A DNA stretch of 64,000 bases, from positions 1,054,001 to 1,118,000 of the forward strand of contig JAPYYK010000093.1 of NCBI GenBank assembly GCA_028534125.1. Reading direction: 5' to 3'. Positions 25,201-40,250 of the stretch are shown piece after piece. Every line of letters begins with the position of its first letter. The stretch's first letter is position 1. The stretch is from Lama glama. Taxonomy: Eukaryota. Under the pieces are notes generated by a model. It did not search any database, had not been told where the DNA came from, and saw only the letters and a list, made by a program, of their open reading frames with translations. The position numbers and the translations under genes are program-made.

Positions 25201-28200
25201 TCATCAGTGCCCTCTTGTTTCTCTCTGACATTCCAGACCATGAGGGGATCATCTTGGCTATGGGATCACCTGGGGGTGGGTAGGGGTGGAGATCATTCCC
25301 AGCAAGTTCAGAAACTCTCTTGCTTGCCTAGTAAAGAGCCTCCTCAGCCTAAAGTAGGTAGGTTCCTCGGGGAGGCTGAAAGCCAGGCTGGTCACAGGCC
25401 CAAGGCACCACATCCAGGTGAACAAGAGAAGAGCACAGTGGGGTGGGGGCAGAGGGGCAGGTGGGAAGAAGGCAGAGAGCAGGCCGCTGTTGGCTCTGCC
25501 TGGAGCCACTGCCTCAACAGGACTCCACAGCCCTCAAGAAGTCAGCCCAAGGCCTCAGCAGGACATGAGTGCCATGAGCGCCTTCATTAGGATCACACTC
25601 CTGACGGGCAGCCCTAGGAAACTGGCATTGCCTCTCTCAAGCTAATCACAGATAGGGCACAGAGCCTCACCTCACCAAGCTGGGTGACAATGGCTCACAC
25701 TGCCAAGCCAGGGACTGAGGCACCTTCCCACCCCCAGGGAAAATCCAACTCGTCAGGCCACATGCCACCTACAACTTTGCATTTTAGAATTTTGCACTCA
25801 TCATCAGAAACCACCCTACAATGGATGGAGAGAATGCAGGCAACTTGGTCCTTCCCCTGCACTCATTCTCCCCACTCCCTGCCACAGGCCACGTCCTCTC
25901 AAGTTCCTGGTAAAGCACCCCCCCAATGCGGCTTCACACTGGGGCAAATCTGGCAAGTTCTGAGAAATGTCTGTACAGTGAGGCAAGGATCTAGCCTCCC
26001 AACCGCAGCCTCCCTCCTCCCCTCAACCCCCTGCAGCAGAGCTGTTCTCCTGGCCCAGACCCACCCAGGAAAGCGGGGCCCCCACATGGGAGCCGGAAGT
26101 CCACACCCAACATTCAGTACCCTGAAACACATGGTTGGTGCCAGGTCAGCTCTGAGGGGACTCAAAGGTCATCAGGGTAGCTTCCCTCCCATGCCCTGAC
26201 TCTTGGCAGCCTCAGGAGAGACTGAGTGACCTCCTGGCCAGAGGTCATATGCTTGGGGGAGCCACGGGCTGACCTCCCAAAAACCTGCAGGTTGCAGGCC
26301 ACATCCTGCTCTGGGTCTCTGCACTCATCCCAGCTCATCCAATCCGAGATGGGGCAGCCCCATGTGAGGTATGGGGCCCTGATCCAGAAGTCAGGATGTC
26401 CAAGTGCTGCCCCCATGCTCCCTGCCTTGGCAGCCCTGTGACTTCAGCAAGGTCTCAGACTCCCTACCGTCTCTGCCCTGACACTGGCAGTACAGCGAGG
26501 ACTTGGCCTCCCAAACACATGATGTACAGGAGCAGGTGGGGTCAGAGGGTTTCTTGGCTGAGGAAGAGAGGCTCGGAAAGTGAGGAGGGGCTCTGGGTCC
26601 CTGGCTGGGGCAGGTGGATGAGGCCTGATCTTTCCCAGGAATGTGTGTGCCTTTCTAGAAACATCCCTTCTCAGAAACTGGTGCCCTCTGGCTTGCCCAC
26701 CAGCCCCACCCACATATCCCTCTACCTGCTCTGCTCTCACTGGCTCCCAGCTCTGCCACCTCCAAGGTCAGGAAGAAGCCCAGAAAGGGCCACAGAAAGC
26801 ATCTCTCCCAGGATCAGGGTGCCTCACCTAGAGATAGCATGCTGGGACCACACACTTTCCAATCCTAGTAATTTGAGAGACACAGGAGATTACTTGACTA
26901 GATAGTGGGTGTAAAAGGTAAAAAGATCCCAACAATTCCCTGGTTTGGAGGCCCAACCCTCTCATCATCTGGGCCCAGAGGGGGCAGTGACTACTCGAGG
27001 TCACAAAGCTGTACCAGCTTTCCAGATGTCCAGCTGGAGCCCTCTTCACTTTGTCCATGCCTCCTGAGGAAGAGGTGGGCACTTATTTCCCGGGGCTGGG
27101 TAGGCCAGGGGCCCACTGGACAACTCCTGGGGAAATGACAAGAACAGGCTGAGCACTTGGTGGGCAGCACTAACTGGGGCACCCTGAGCCACTGCCAGCC
27201 TAGGGACTGGGACAGTAGCTTGGGATATGAGGACAGTCAAGGAGGCCAGCAGGAGACGTCTTTCCTCTTGGCCCCACCTACCCAGCCAGCCAGGAAGGGC
27301 ACTGCCTCTAAAAGATAGCAGCCATGGGGCCCCAGCGCCCCCTGGAGGAAGCCTGGGACAAGACAGGTGCCTTAAACCCCCTTCATTCCCATCCTGCCCT
27401 GTCCTGGAGGCACACTTACCTCTGTTTCCGGCCGAGGGATGAATACTGGGGGCACCATCTTCAGACTGAGCCCCTGAAAGTCCCACTCACCAAGGATGTA
27501 CTGCACAGGCATCCTGCAGAGGGGGCACAAGGGTATCATCAATGCCAGAGCCTGGACCAACAGGACTATGTCTGGGTTGAGGGATACTGTGGCCAAAGGT
27601 ATTGGGTAGAGTCATGTCTCCTGTGCCCAAGAAATCCTAGCCAAGGCCTTCCCTCCCTCCCTTCTTCCTATTTACTACCATGACCCCTCTCTTGTCACTC
27701 CCTCATCCCATCACCTCCTTAGTCCTTGGACTCTTTCTTCCTCCCTGACCATGGACTTGGTGGGGCCGAAGGGAGCTGCACCCTGCTCCCTACACAGAGC
27801 CCTCAGGTTTGGCTCATGGGTGCTCACCTTTGCAATCGGTAGCTACTCAACTCCTGGATATACTGTAGCTGCCAAGGTGTCAGGGGCTGGGTCCAAAGCT
27901 CTGGCCTCAGGCTCTGAAACTGCCCCACAGAGAATGTGAGTGGCTGGCTCCCCTGATTCAGGTTTCTTTTGTGGACAATGCCAGTGGGTCCAACACTAGC
28001 CACCTTGGTCATCCCTGAACCCCTAGTGCCTGGCACACACTGTAAGTTTCTTGGATGAATGAATAAGTATCTGCCCAAGACACTCCTTCAGAAAAACCCC
28101 ATCATCCTCAGCTCAGCACTGTCATTGGAGTGAAAAAGCCTAGATGTCTCTTCCCCAGGGTCCTCCCTCCTCCTACTTCCTGTCCTCTTGACAACACTGC

Positions 28201-28417
28201 ACTTAACTGTTTTGGCTCCAAGGACATGAGCCACGATGTACTCACTGGATTCCCGGGCCTCAGGGATACCCCTTTTCTCAAAGACTGCTGTCCAGTGGTT
28301 GACCAGCTCTGTGACATTCAACAACCTAGCCAGAGGCAGATGAGGCCGCCATGAGGTGAAGGTGCAGCCCCAAATGCCTCCCCTCCACCCTAGGCCAGAC
28401 AGGAGGGCCCTCAGCAT
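19944..28417 (-). CDS. HEMK1: HemK methyltransferase family member 1 (mitochondrial release factor glutamine N5-methyltransferase); spliced CDS join(complement 28208-28417, 27828-27919, 27420-27513, 23113-23247, 22727-22791, 22416-22465, 21358-21466, 20472-20567, 20192-20305, 19944-20037), 1059 nt, 352 aa
   Basis: Ten exons with GT-AG boundaries and consistent phases give one open frame. It contains PrmC/HemK hallmarks: P(V)[23 protein letters not shown]-binding LEVGCGSG, catalytic [13 protein letters not shown] and RDFCGRPRF. It matches the human HEMK1 protein as recalled. Confidence 0.97.
20192..20305 (-). CDS. HEMK1: HEMK1 coding exon 9 ([14 protein letters not shown]...RRDFCGR)
   Basis: catatag|A ... 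AG|gtgagg, 114 nt. Confidence 0.96.
20472..20567 (-). CDS. HEMK1: HEMK1 coding exon 8 ([15 protein letters not shown]...LKDSG)
   Basis: cccttcag|C ... GG|gtatgg, 96 nt. Confidence 0.97.
21358..21466 (-). CDS. HEMK1: HEMK1 coding exon 7 ([24 protein letters not shown]...EIL), NPPY motif
   Basis: ccacag|AG ... AG|gtgtgt, 109 nt. Confidence 0.96.
22245..22302. repeat. (TG)n microsatellite with alternating purine-pyrimidine extension, in a HEMK1 intron
   Basis: Directly visible. Confidence 0.9.
22416..22465 (-). CDS. HEMK1: HEMK1 coding exon 6 ([16 protein letters not shown])
   Basis: tctccag|G ... G|gtacct, 50 nt; phase fits both neighbours. Confidence 0.92.
22727..22791 (-). CDS. HEMK1: HEMK1 coding exon 5 ([22 protein letters not shown])
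   Basis: ggggcag|AGC ... AG|gtaggt, 65 nt. Confidence 0.95.
23113..23247 (-). CDS. HEMK1: HEMK1 coding exon 4 (ELVEWV...[20 protein letters not shown]), SAM-binding motif I
   Basis: ttgtag|GAA ... CAG|gtgagc, 135 nt. Confidence 0.97.
27420..27513 (-). CDS. HEMK1: HEMK1 coding exon 3 ([12 protein letters not shown]...PRPETE)
   Basis: tctgcag|G ... GAG|gtaagt, 94 nt. Confidence 0.97.
27828..27919 (-). CDS. HEMK1: HEMK1 coding exon 2 (FQSLRPELW...RLQR)
   Basis: ggggcag|TTT ... AG|gtgagc, 92 nt. Confidence 0.96.
28208..28417 (-). CDS. HEMK1: HEMK1 coding exon 1 (MLRALLSG...HVLGAKT), likely mitochondrial targeting peptide
   Basis: agaATGc at 28417; translates to [26 protein letters not shown]; donor ACA|GTTAAG; exon acceptor ttccag| at 28592 upstream. 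Confidence 0.93.
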
Positions 28418-28834
28418 TCTGTCCCAAGGATCCCTTGAGCACTCCTCAAGGTCCCCAAGTTTTGGGGGTCCCCAAGTTCTTCTTGTGATGTCAGCTGCTG
28501 AGGATGGTGACTGGCCCCAGCTGGGTGTAGATGGAGAAGTCACAGGCTCTGGCTCCTCAACATGGCTCTGGTCCTCAGATGTGGCTGTCACCCTGGAATA
28601 GGGAAGGAGAACTGGGAGAGTAGCTGAGCCTTGTATGACTCACCCTTCTTTGACCTGTTGCCTGAGAAAGGGCATGCTCTTGCTCTGTTACCTCCTTGAC
28701 TCCATTTTAGCCCCTCACCCATCTATTTCATTCTTCTCATCTTGGCCAGTGATGTTTTCTTCACATCTTTGGCTGAAGTGATCTGAACCCATAGCTCAGT
28801 CCCTATTAATAAATGGGCCAGTGTGGATCAGGGC

Positions 28835-29030
28835 CCAGCTTGGGGGTTAGACAGATCTACTTAACCCAGCAGGTGTGACTTTGGGAAAGTCATTATTTCT
28901 GAGTTTCAGGTTCCTCATCCTTGAAATGGGGAAAATAACACCAGCTCCATGGCAAGCAGTGCATCAGTCAATGAATGTCAAGGACCTAGAAGCCAGCTCA
29001 ACACAGAGGGACTCAATGTTGCACGCTCTT
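28835..29030. mobile_element. MIR SINE fragment
   Basis: gtgtgactttgggaaagtcattatttctgagtttcaggttcctcatccttgaaatggggaaaataaca. Confidence 0.7.
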
Positions 29031-29605
29031 AACAATACTACCAAGGGGAGGAGACTGCCTTTGCTTGGGAGCTTTGCTTCGGACATTTTGCACATACTGT
29101 CATTGATTTATATGCTGGAAATCCCCTCCCCCACCATTTAACCCGTAATTCTAAACATTAGCCAAAAATGCCACCTAAAAACTGACAATTTTTGTTAATT
29201 TTATATTTATCACAAATTTAACTGAAGATTTTAAATCAGTGGTCTCCTTTACTTTCACAGAGACCAAGCTTGGTTCAAACTAGCCTTTACTGAACACCTG
29301 CTAGGTGGTGCCACATCTTCAGGGACAAGCAGAGAAGAAAAGGAGACTCCGAGAGGAAAGTAACTTGCCCAAAGTCACCAACTAGGAACTGTCCCAGGCA
29401 AGACCCAAGTCCTTCGCACTCCAGAGACGGCTCTGTCCACCAGAGCGCTGCCTCGAGAGGCCCGAAGTCAGGGGTGCAGTTTCCCTCAGTGTCGCACAGT
29501 ATCGTTGACACAGGCGAGGTCGCCTCTCCCCAGGCCTGTTTTTCCAATTGCACACGGGGAAAGGGGGGTCTCGAGTGTGTTCCTCATACTTGCCTGAAGC
29601 GTTAC

Positions 29606-29690
29606 CTCACTCGACTAAAGAGATTGCCGCGGGCTCGTTTCCCGGACGTGCGTGGGCCGCGGTGAGCTCCTTCCGACGCCCCGCTTCCGG
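29606..29690 (-). other. HEMK1: Probable non-coding first exon of HEMK1 (TSS approximate)
   Basis: Inside the CpG island; donor GAG|gtaacg at 29606/29605; ETS/GABP motif CCGGAAGCGG at 29690-29681. Confidence 0.55.
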
Positions 29691-31079
29691 GATCGGCGCA
29701 GCTGAGCAAGGGCTCGGGCAGATCCCGTCACCCAGCTCCAGGGTTCCTAGAGCCGCTGCGTTCCACCTCGGAAGCCACAACGGGCGGGTGAGGGAGGACA
29801 TGAACGCCACGCCCACTATGCCTGCAGGCCCACGGGTGGGAAAGTGTGTGTTGTGTCTAGGGTTGCTCCCCGAGGGCTCTGAACGGACAGTCTTCCTGAA
29901 AGTCACAGCATGGATAGGGCTCCAGCCTGCGGTGGCTTCTCCGAGACGGCGTTCTGGGTACCCGGATGGGGAGGTGTGTAGCCAGCTCAAATCCAGGCGT
30001 ATCAACAGCCGCGAGACCCAGCGGCGTGGCCTAACGTAGTCTGTATGTCGAGAGGGCCGCACTGGGGCGGGTCCCACGGTGGGGGGTGGGTACCAATTTG
30101 GGGGGAGGGACCCAGCGTCCAGGACTTGAGGTCCAGGTGGTTGGTGACTGGACATCAGGGTCGCTCTTGACCCTTCAGCTCCCGTTTAGGTTTGGAGCAG
30201 GGAGATCGAAACTGGAAGTAGTAGACCATGGTTTGAAGTCTGATTCGTCGGGAGACCTTGTCCAGGTGCAACTCTGTGAGCCTCAGTTGCTCCTTTAAAA
30301 GTCATGATAGTGTCCCGCGAAGTGTGGCCTGCTAATGCTACCCCTTTGCCCTCGAATCTATAAACTAAATCACTGTTAACTAAACTACTATTAAACATAC
30401 AGTTTCCCGGGATCCGTCCCAGGCTGGAGGGTCTGTATTTGTTAACAAGCTATTCGGGTGATCCCCATAAGCGTCTTTGAAAACCTGAGGATTATTAGAA
30501 GGTATCTGAAGGCTCCTCCCCAGAGATGATTACGCTTTGGATAGAGGGGTGTATGTAGGCTTGCCTGGGTCCAGGTGACCAATATATCACTCCAGTAATA
30601 ATACCATCCCGCCCCCAACTTCTCTAAAGATGCTCCATTTCTGTCCCGGAGTGGGTGTCGTTTATTAAGAGCCCTCATACCAGAGCCAATCTAAGCTGGA
30701 AGCTGAGATCCATGGGGACAGAAGCATCTTGCTCTAGGTCACAAAGCTAGTGGTGGGTCGAGCCAGAGTTCGACGCAGGCTCAAAGACTTCCAGTCTAGT
30801 GTTCTCCCCAAACCTGCGTCCACCTGCATTTGGGGAGCGGGAGTCTATCCTGGAGGAGGTGGAGCTAGGGCTAGCAGGAGGCCGGAGTTCTGGCGCTTAC
30901 GAAGGGCTTGGCCCCACATCATCCCCGGCGGGACTCCGGCATATGCCGTGAGGAGTGGGGGGTGGTCTCCAAGAACAGCCACCGGGCTCCGGCTCCTGTT
31001 GGGGGCAGAGCCAGATCCGAGCGGCAGGCAAGCGGGCCAATGCAGGGCGGTCTCTGGGCCCGACAGCCAATCCGGGGCC

Positions 31080-31160
31080 GGGGGCGCTGAGCGGCCAGGG
31101 AGGAGAGGAGCAGGAGCTTGGAAGACCCGCGAGGCTGCTGGCCTCGACCCCACCCCCACG
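31080..31160 (+). other. C3orf18: Probable non-coding first exon of C3orf18 (start approximate)
   Basis: Follows two CCAAT boxes; strong donor ACG|gtgagt at 31160/31161; second candidate donor TAA|gtaagt at 31400/31401. Confidence 0.45.
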
Positions 31161-33108
31161 GTGAGTCCCAGCCCTGCCAGTCCCGGGCCAGGCTGGCAGA
31201 GCAGGCCCTCTCGGCTTGCGGGCGGTGCGACGTCGCGGGCCCAGCCCAGGGAGGTCCACCCAGGGAGGGCGGACCTTGTGTCGGATCTGCCGCCCCCCAC
31301 CCTGGGCCTGGGGAGTTCCCCCCATCTCCGCCCTGGCATCCTGCGGGTCGCCACCACTCCTAGCGTCTTCGGCTGAGCTCGGCGCCCCAGAGAGGATTAA
31401 GTAAGTGCTGAGGTCACCACTTCTGTGCAAGAATGGAGGAATCAGAGTCGCGGAGGTGGGGATGGGGATTGGGGCAGGGAGGACAGATGAACCTGGTGGA
31501 GAATGGTTTGCCAGTTCTTGGGTTCTTGGAGGTCGTGGTTCCCACCCCTTTCTCCCTGGTTTCCTTCACTTGTCCTTTGGACTGTGAGGCAGTCCCCAGC
31601 AGTGATGAGCCCTTTCTCTCGTTTGAAGGGAAGAGTAAACAGAGCCCCAGAGCAAATGCTAAGGGTCTGGCCCAAGGTCACATCTGGGGTCAGTGACAGA
31701 GCCAAGAAAGAACCTGGGTTTCTTGACGTGCCCAGCGTAGCTGGAGGAAAAGGACAGAGAGGAACAACGAGCCTCTGCCATCACGTATCCCTGTGCCAGC
31801 CTTGCTCCTTCCTAAGAGGCCATCGTGGTTGTGTGCACACCTCACACACCCATGCACCTATACAGGGAGGCACCCCATGTATACCCATGAGCTGGCGCAC
31901 CGAGATGTTCATGCAGCCACGAGCTGTGCATCCCTCCTCTCCCTAGGCCTGCCCTTCTGCAGTTTGGCTGGGACCTCTTCCCCGTTGCTTGCCTAGGGCC
32001 CTTTGGCCTGGGAAGGCCTAAGTCACACCCTGGACTGGGTGCATCTCCCACCCTCTGCTCCCAAGGGAGGAGGGAAGGGGAAGAGAAGGCATTTCAGAGT
32101 GGAAGTTCCATCTTTCCCTCTGAAGATATGCTCCCCTTGATTTTCTCCTAGTCCTTGACAGCCCCTAGCTCTAGGGGGTTCAATTACCCCAAGAGCCTAC
32201 AGAGAAGCCCTGCCAGAGGACCTGACCTTAGCCTCTCTCTCCTTCCTGTCTTCTGGTCTCACCACACCTGTCCCTGCCCCAACTCCAAGTACAGGCTGGA
32301 CCACACAGCAGGCTGGGTTCAAGGGCTTCTGTGGCTCCCCTTTCGCAACTGGGTTGCCCAGGGGTAGAAGATCTAACATTTATTGGCTGCTTACTGTGGT
32401 CGAAGTTTGTGCTGAGCCAAGTCTTTTCTAGGGGCTGGTTCATTCTGACATTTCAGTGACTCTCTTACCTTTTCTGTGTGGGAGATGCTCTTAATATCTC
32501 CACCTTAGACTGAGGAAAACTGAGACACTGAGGGGTGGGAGTGACTTCTCTAGGGTCAGTTAAGTGGCTGAACTGGAGTTCAAAGACAGGCGTGTCTGAC
32601 TCTTGGGCAAGTGTTTCCCACTAGGAAAGGAAAAAGCTGCAGAATTTTTTTCTCCAAACAGGAGGTGAGGGATGTGGGGTGCAGAGAGTGAGAGATGGGA
32701 ACGTGGGGAGTGGGGAGTGACTTTTTCTTTCAAACCTCTCCACTACCTTTCACATCTTCCAAGTGTGATCACTATGATCCTCTTACCCACAAAGAGGGGG
32801 CAGGGCTTCATTTCAGGTTCCTAGATCCACAGGGGACCCATGGGTATAGAAAACACATGTCCTGATGTCCCCTGAATTTGCCCTTGCCCTCAAACTTCTG
32901 TTTCTCCTGTGTCTTAAGAACTTAGGGGACTTCACCTCACCACGGAGTCCCATCCTCAGCCTCATGTTTTTTATTCTTTTCTTTCCAGCACCCAGGGAGG
33001 CAGGGAGCTCCCTTTATCCAATGACGTGACCACCTACATGGGTAGTGGGGGCCACAGGCTGGGACACTCCTGATGTCAGAAGTGAGTGGGCAGGTTGACC
33101 GACCATAG

Positions 33109-38237
<5,129 letters not shown>

Positions 38238-39704
38238 GTGGCCTGGACCTCTGATGAAGACACCTGCCACAGTGCCCACAGAGCTGCCTACTCCGAGATC
38301 ATTAAGGCCTACTCTCAGGACCTGCCCTGCCAAGGCCCCAGCTGTTTTGAGGACCCACCTGCTAACTTTCCATGCTCCAAGAGAGGCCCCTGGCCAGGCT
38401 GGGCCTATGGCCACTGATGTCCTCTGATCTGAGGGGCCTGGCATGGAGAGCATCCCTCATGTCAGGGAGGTGAAGAGCTATTGCTGGCTGCCTTGTTCCC
38501 TTTCCAGACCCCTCACATCAGAGTCTGTTCCTCTAATGTGGAGGAAATGGAGGAGACATGGGTTGGGAATGGAAGGGAAAGAGAGTCGGGGGTTTCCCTT
38601 CTGTCAAGGCAAGACCCATCTTTGCAATCTGGAGCCTCCTCTTGGGTGGGGAGAGGCAACCAGCCAGGTCTTGGGGATGGTGTGGTGGCACCCTGGGAGA
38701 GGCTTAGGGATAGAGCTGAATGCCCAGCGGGCAAGGATGCCAGGAGGAGGGCTGCTCCTATGCAGGGTCCATCCATGTTACAGAGGGGCCATGAGGTCTT
38801 CCAGACACCCTTCCCTGGCAGCCAGCTACTGGCTGGGCCCAAGCTAGGATGGGAGCTGAGGGGGAGGGAGGTTGGGGAGCAGGTGTGGAGGGATGCCATG
38901 CCAGACCTGCTGGGAGGCTTCATAGATGTGTGCGCCAGGATGGAGACCTCTGCATAGCTCCACACTCCAAGCTGACCCCCACACCATGGTGTATAGAAGA
39001 GCACTAAGTAGGCCACCTTGTCTGCCTTCAGTGTTCAGGGACAGAAGGGAGAGGAAAGCAAAGGTGAGGGTCCACTGCCCACTGCGTCTCCTCACTGGGC
39101 TCTAAATGCCAGGTAACCTGCTTCTGAAATGGTTCCCTGTCTTGGTTATGTTGGTGATCTGGGGCTGAGGGGAGAGGCTATTGGTCTGAGGGCAGTGGCC
39201 GCAGGCTGCGGGCTAGCAGGGGGAATTCTGACTGCCTGAAACCTGGTGGGGATACAGACCTAGGAGACCTAGTCTGTCTTTTGAGCGCACAGCCCACCTA
39301 CCCATTGTCCGCCCACCCCAGGCCCCTCAGGAATTCTACCATTCTGAGGCATCTGGACAAGGCACTAGGCCAAGCCAGACCCCAGGCACTGAGCACTTTT
39401 TCTCCGCTGGGCACGCATGCGCATGTGAGCATGCACAGCCACACGCCCTCCAGGCCCAGCCTCGCCGCCCTCACTGTCCTCTGCTGGTTGGAGGGGACAC
39501 GAGGGTGGCATGTACAAAACTTCTGTTGGGCAAATACCACGTGTCAGGATGTGAGGGCCGAGGAGGCCTGCGTGGGGAAGGTTCTGGATTGATTCCTCCT
39601 CTAGATGCTATAAATACGTTAGCACTTGAGCCAACTGGAGGGCTGCGGGTAATTTAGGATGCACAGAAGCTGTAATTTAACTCACAGCATCTCCATGTAA
39701 GAGC

Positions 39705-39710
39705 ATTAAA
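39705..39710 (+). terminator. Candidate C3orf18 polyadenylation signal ATTAAA (~1.5-kb 3' UTR)
   Basis: ATTAAA in an AT-rich block, followed by GT-rich sequence (gagtgtgagcttgtg). Confidence 0.5.
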
Positions 39711-40175
39711 GATGTAATTAAGATGTTTACACAAAAAGAGTGTGAGCTTGTGACACTCCGGGTGTGAAACCCCAGGAGGGGCAGGATGGGTGAGGGGCTG
39801 TGGGGGACCTAGGTGTGGCCGCTTGGATTCCAGCTATGAGGTGGCAGCCGAGTTGGCTTTCTTGTTCATTTGGGTGAAACGCCTCTGGTCCAGAGTTCAA
39901 GGCTGCTCTGGGGCCTCGTGCCTCAACTGTGGAATGGAGTCACATGCCTGCCATCCGCTTGGGTGGAGAGGCCGAGTGGACAGGACCTGTGGGACCAGAG
40001 GTGGGAGGGGGCTGGAGCCCCAAGGTGCAGGGGAGGTATGGTGCCTCAGGACCCATATGAGCTGGGTCTGAAACAATAGGGGAAAAATGGTTTTTCCCAG
40101 AGTACAAGGGTGCAGGGGGTGGGTGGGGTGTGAAGCCACCTGCAGGGTTCAAAAGGGTCTGGGGGAGAATGACAC

Positions 40176-40250
40176 CAGGGTGACCAACTGTCCTAGTTTT
40201 CTCAGGGCCACACAATTTTAGCATTGAAAATCCCACAAACCAGGACCCTA
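40176..40250. mobile_element. hAT-Blackjack MITE (MER81-like), internally deleted
   Basis: cagggtgaccaactgtcctagtttt...ttttagcattgaaaatccc...caaaccaggacccta. Confidence 0.6.

Larger units (their letters stand above)
29440..31400. promoter_or_regulatory. CpG island / divergent promoter region shared by HEMK1 (-) and C3orf18 (+)
   Basis: High CpG density against depleted flanks; ETS motif (29681-29690), GC box GGGGCGGG (30064), CCAAT boxes (~31037, ~31067); the two genes point away from it. Confidence 0.85.

Noticed and set aside
19944-28417. HEMK1 as a pseudogene, given the start and stop changes
   Set aside because: All 10 exons are in frame with GT-AG sites and intact GCGSG and NPPY motifs; there are no internal stops or frameshifts
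26971-29320. Weaker CTCF-like strings (CCAGAGGGGGCAG ~26975, CCTGCTAGGTGGTGC ~29298)
   Set aside because: Mismatches in the core; cannot be supported without a matrix scan
29548-31430. Multiple 160-210-aa overlapping ORFs in the CpG island
   Set aside because: Stop-codon scarcity in GC-rich DNA; overlapping on both strands with no recognisable homology
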